Shown piece after piece: positions 55,270 through 64,000 of a DNA stretch of 64,000 nt (position 1 is the first letter of the stretch; every line of letters begins with the position of its first letter). Location: contig ADNK01001816.1 of NCBI GenBank assembly GCA_000320545.1, positions 1 to 64,000 on the forward strand, given 5' to 3'. The notes below the pieces were generated by a model that made no database searches, was not told the origin of the DNA, and was given only the letters and a program-made list of their open reading frames with translations. Source of the stretch: Bigelowiella natans CCMP2755 (lineage: Eukaryota > Protista > Cercozoa). A program made the translations under genes and the position numbers.

Positions 55270-55700
55270 CTACTAGATTTGGATCGTGCAGCCTCCTCGT
55301 CCTGATGTTTTGAGCACCAGAAGAGCGCTGAATCGTGTCTCGCGACGAGCTCAAAGATGGCTCACGATTAAGACCTTCAACACCACTCAAGAACTCATCC
55401 AAGCTGCCAAGCAAAAGGGCATTAATCTATGGGTCTCCAAGCTTGGAGATAGCAATCCACATCATGCTAATACGACAACTGCTACAGCAGCATCATCATC
55501 GTCATCACTGTCGCGATCATCGGCAGCAACAACATCGACTCCTTTAGACAGTCACATAGTTTTACATGAGCTCAAAGAGAAGCTTCTTGCAGGAGACCGT
55601 GTAGCAGTCGTGGTTGGAAATGAGCATATCGGTGTATCGGAACAAATGGTGGAATGTGCGGATAAATTGGTGCATCTTCCAATGTTTGGGTATTGCCAAG

Positions 55701-55741
<41 letters not shown>

Positions 55742-55742
55742 A

Positions 55743-55783
<41 letters not shown>

Positions 55784-55900
55784 TGAAAGGGCGGAGTGAG
55801 AGGAGAGAGAAATAGAAAGAGAAGAAGAGAGAGAGAGAGAGAAAAATTGCTATTGATTCGGGCGGTTGTGCATGGTGTATACTGTGCATCATAGTATATG

Positions 55901-55945
<45 letters not shown>

Positions 55946-56080
55946 TGATTTTCTTCCCCGTCTTTCTCGCTCTTTCTCCTTCGTCGTTCGATAGTTTTGT
56001 AGAATCTTTAAACGTTGGGATAGCAGCCGCCTTGATGATGCAACATTTAGCAGATGCATCTAGAGAGGTACGTACATCAC

Positions 56081-56129
<49 letters not shown>

Positions 56130-56475
56130 ATACAATCCATACTGAATCAATCACCAAATCGAACATATAGTGTAGCACAACTAGGATTCCGCAAAAAAAT
56201 ATGTACACATGCACCATGTGCATTTCTATTTGTGTCATGGGATAGATTTTCCGTATATGCATGAAATGAACGTCTTTGAGAAGTATCCTTCAATATGTTG
56301 CTGTTGTTACGTGAACGGCAACTCAAAGGTTGGAGTAGGGATTGGAGGTCCAGCTGGACTACGAGAGGACGATGCTAAGGAAACATGGCAGAAATGGAAG
56401 ACATCAATCACAGAGCCATGGCGCGAACGAGCTGACCGAGAAGGAATCTCATGCGAAACGAATGACAATCGCTAA
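52397..56475 (+). CDS. trmH: SpoU/TrmH-family RNA 2'-O-methyltransferase with signal/transit-like presequence and a cold-shock-like segment
   Basis: SRVGSVILVMENVEDPDNKFGMYRTCEALGIQE, VAVVVGNEHIGVSEQMVECADKLVHLPMFG|FVESLNVGIAAA (SPOUT motifs 1-3). Start context gccacaATGG; N-terminal hydrophobic VCLYVVLLTTLMFILLAA followed by an R/S/P-rich stretch. Confidence 0.88.
52723..52826 (+). repeat. Imperfect tandem duplication with a period of about 58 bp in the first trmH intron
   Basis: tatacgtatgtg(c/t)tgctcactttatgttctgaa occurs at about 52723 and about 52781. Confidence 0.8.
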
Positions 56476-56617
56476 GTCGTACACACCAGCACGTCGTGTC
56501 TGAATCGTTTGTGCAGATAAATAGTCATCTCATTGTGTCTGCTTGTAGATGTGTCGAACAATGAAATGGAAAAGGCCTAAATCACACGTACCACAGTGCG
56601 CATGCAGCATCATCATG

Positions 56618-56761
56618 AACCGACACTCGCATGCCGCGCTCATGCTGCGGCCCAGCATGGCAGTGTCATGGAAAACGCGCTTGGGATTCTAGATGCACCT
56701 GTCATGTCATTTCTAGTGTTGCCATTGTCGATCAAAGCATGCAGCATGTGTGCATTGTCGC
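56618..56761 (+). repeat. Outer left terminal inverted repeat
   Basis: aaccgacactcgcatgccgcgctcatgctgcggcccagc...gtgtgcattgtcgc is the reverse complement of 59324-59467. Confidence 0.95.
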
Positions 56762-56902
56762 TGCTGACATCGTGAGATTGGTCAAGAAGCAACGTTTGAG
56801 TCATTAGCCATGCAAAAATCAAGATTTGGAGATTGCCACAGCACACAGGCATCGCATTGCAATGTGGCATTTTTGCCCACGAAGTGTGATGCCTCGCATG
56901 AT

Positions 56903-57117
56903 GCAGCAGACCAATGCACCACACCCCACATTTCATTTCCCATCTGCCGTCAGCAGGGGGAAATCGCAAAATTGAAGTTCCAAAAATTCACCTACTGACG
57001 ACCCACTGCTGAACTGAATTGCTAGAATGACATGGCAAAATCACAGGCACATCCCATGTGTTTTGTGAAAACAATCTTTGTCAAAAATGACATGGCAAAA
57101 TCCACAGCAGAGCATCG
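56903..57117 (+). repeat. Inner left inverted repeat, containing two copies of aatgacatggcaaaatc
   Basis: gcagcagaccaatgcacc...catctgccgtcagcagggggaaatcgcaaaatt...cacaggcacatcccatgtgttttgtgaaaacaatctttg matches 58606-58822 inverted. Confidence 0.93.
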
Positions 57118-57944
57118 TTGAAAGCACTGCAAATTTGTTCTCACCCAAAACAACAAATGAGAACATTCAAATCAAAAAACGGAAAGCCATTAGACAAATG
57201 GCTGACGGAAGAACGATTCAGATCTTTGAAGAACCCAAAAGATTTTTGCATGCAACATCGTCCAACATGGACACATGCAAAAGAAAAAACCCACTGAAGA
57301 ACTTGTTGTCAAATTCGGTCAAGGCAAGGGAACTCAACCAGCATCAAGATTGAAAGATTGCACATCACATCATGGACACACTGATGGCAAAAAGCCCTGG
57401 ATGGGTTGTGAATTGCGTTGTTCATTCATCACTGAAAAGAGTGAAAAAGTAGCAGCTACAAACTCTGTGGTTCACAAATGTGAGCTGAAATCAAAACAGC
57501 ATGCTGGAAAAACAACTTGTTGGTGGACAGAGGCGATGAGAGAACATTGATGAGATTGAGCAAAATGATGAGAACATCAGATTGCAAACAATTCAAAAAA
57601 CTCACAGACATTGAGTCAAAACCTGCACACAATCCACGAAACAAAAAGCAGAAACACATCGTTGAAACATCAGATCACATGAATGAACCCAAAAAATGGA
57701 AATGCCATTGGTGGAATTGTCAAGATGAATTCAAAATCATTTGATGGACAAATTTGTGGAGTGTTGATGAGAAACCAAAACGTGGCTAATGAAATGAAAA
57801 ATCCTTCATTTGAATGCAGTGATCACATCAAAATTTTTTGCAATGGGTCATGCGATGATGAATCATTGAGTGAACATGAAATTGGTGAAATCACAGCAAA
57901 AAATGATGACAACAATGTGGCCATGAATTGCAAATGCCTCAAAC

Positions 57945-58580
57945 GTGAAATTGACCAAGATGCCAAAACTTTTGGTGATCCTGTTCCATCAACCTGAAAA
58001 GTGCAACAGAGAGAATTCCTGCATGTTTGATGCTGTTGTGAACTCTCACGAAAATTCATTTGAAAAATCCAAAATGCATGGCTGTTGTTTTGACCTTCAA
58101 TTGCACTGTGTGGTTGATTTGAAGAACATCAAGGGGCACGAACACTTCACACAGAAAAACTTCCAAGATTGTGAATTCAAAGTCGATACCCACTACGAGC
58201 CTAGTTGGCGCAACCTGGAAAGCATGGATTCACTGTTCACATCTGGGAAAATTTTGCATCTCATTCAAATGACATTTTCCCTGAGACATCCTGTTGAAAC
58301 TGCTGGAATCGGGGCAGTGTGGAAGGCGGCCAAAGAGAGACATTCGGATTTGGAAGGGTACGTTCTCATTTTTGTTCTCCCAGAGGGAAGCTCGCGTGGA
58401 GGCAAAGACCATGTCAAAGATTTTGCCTACCAATCCTGTGCAAAATCCAATGGGAAAGTTGCAGAACATGGAAAAGTTGATGGTTTTCCCCAGCTGAAAT
58501 CGGAGCTCGGCCAGCACCTGTTTGTCCTTCCAGGTGTTCTGGAACTAGAGGAAAAGGAGACTCAATTCCATGATGCATGA
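57945..58580 (+). pseudogene. Degenerate Crinkler/RHS-type restriction-endonuclease-fold (CR-REase-like) coding remnant inside the TIR element
   Basis: THYEPSWRNLESMDSLFTSGKILHLIQMTFSLRHPV...GYVLIFVLPE fits the 'YY.P...N...iDs......y.fQ.T.s..Hpi....fiFvvP' pattern of these proteins. Upstream frames (57150-57950) are broken. Confidence 0.6.
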
Positions 58581-58605
58581 GAAATTCTGCTGTGTGGGTG
58601 ATGAC

Positions 58606-58822
58606 GCAATGCTTTGCTGCAGATTTTTGCCATGTCATTTTCAACAAAGATTGTTTTCACAAAACACATGGGATGTGCCTGTGATTTTGCCATGTCATTC
58701 TAGCAATTCAGTTCAGCAGTGGGTCGTCAGTAGGTGAATTTTTGAAATGAAAATTTTGCGATTTCCCCCTGCTGACGGCAGATGGGAAATGAAATGTGGG
58801 GCATGGTGCATTGGTCTGCTGC
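58606..58822 (-). repeat. Inner right inverted repeat
   Basis: Reverse complement of 56903-57117 with a few CA/TG-type differences and one short divergent patch. Confidence 0.93.
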
Positions 58823-59323
58823 GCAAATGCAATGTTGAGGCTAGTTGCCAAGATCAGCACGTGGACAATGACAATTTTTGGGAAAGAAACAAAAAAGAGT
58901 GAGGAATTGTTCCAGAAGCCATGCTGTGCATCATTGTGATTGGAGTTGTGTTGCTTGCCGCCTGTTGACACAATGAATGTGAACGGGCTAGCCCCCTGTC
59001 TCGACTTTCCACACAGCATCAAGCTCGTTTTTCGAACTGATGACATTTCGAGTGCCATTGACAGGGCTCCCTGTGAGATGCAAACTTGGACGCGTGCTTT
59101 TGCAGCCAACCGCACATGTGGATTCATCAACAATTCATGGCGACATCCATCTCGACTTTCATTTTTTCCAGCCCAACTACATGCTGATCTTGGCAAGTAG
59201 CCTTGATCGCTGCTAGTTGAGCACAAATGCCTAGTGATGCTAAGACATGCTAGCATGGCTGACAAGTGAACAAACGTGACCACCATTCGTTGTTATTAGC
59301 CTTTGCTGGAGAAGACTCATAGG

Positions 59324-59467
59324 GCGACAATGCACACATGCTGCATGCTTTGATCGACAATGGCAACACTAGAAATGCCCTGACACGTGCATCTAGAATC
59401 CCAAGCGCGTTTTCCATGACACTGCCATGCTGGGCCGCAGCATGAGCGCGGCATGCGAGTGTCGGTT
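59324..59467 (-). repeat. Outer right terminal inverted repeat
   Basis: gcgacaatgcacacatgc...gcatgcgagtgtcggtt matches 56618-56761 inverted. Confidence 0.95.
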
Positions 59468-59599
59468 AGAAGGAACGTTGCTAATTGTCTGAATACGATA
59501 ATGTAATTACGAAACTACAAAAGCAGCTCATGATAAGAGGAAACACGTCTACTATCCACATATCTTTACATCAAACAGGGATTCAAGAAAATACAAGCT

Positions 59600-64000
<4,401 letters not shown>

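Larger units (their letters stand above)
56618..59467. mobile_element. Non-autonomous TIR DNA element (2.85 kb) with two nested pairs of inverted repeats and a degenerate cargo gene
   Basis: Outer IR 56618-56761 / 59324-59467 (144 bp, 3 mismatches seen). Inner IR about 56903-57117 / 58606-58822. No transposase ORF and no clear TSD. Confidence 0.85.

Noticed and set aside
56610-59475. Target-site duplication or superfamily assignment for the TIR element
   Set aside because: Flanks (catcatg| and |agaagga) do not match; a TA TSD fits only the right end.

Overview
Intron-rich eukaryotic nuclear DNA, probably from an alga with a secondary plastid. Two genes carry signal-peptide plus transit-like presequences of chlorarachniophyte style, but the taxon is an inference. 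I can support about 15 spliced protein genes, arranged almost strictly in alternating head-to-head and tail-to-tail pairs: RS-rich protein (-), membrane/coiled-coil protein (+), P3A H+-ATPase with about 50 short introns (+), class V PLP enzyme (-), UBL-like/Tudor-like protein (+), C2H2 zinc-finger protein (+), SH3-like repeat protein (-), CCP/APX-type peroxidase with a plastid plus twin-arginine presequence (+), thymidine kinase (-), PB1 membrane protein (+), small coiled-coil membrane protein (-), LRR protein (+), TMEM144-like transporter (-), TrmH/SpoU methyltransferase (+), and a large unknown gene (-). The most striking signal is non-coding. Sharply bounded tracts downstream of gene 3' ends (4041-4800, 19911-20680, 56618-59467, plus partial tracts in the convergent spacers) have lost nearly all TpA dinucleotides except in CTAG, while CpG persists. 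A 2.85-kb nested-TIR element carrying a Crinkler/RHS-like nuclease remnant shows matching footprints: CA versus TG differences between TIR arms and apparent Tyr->His/Cys and Ile->Met changes. This suggests a targeted TpA->TpG/CpA hypermutation process, the opposite polarity to fungal RIP. Exon boundaries and dinucleotide counts were made by eye.
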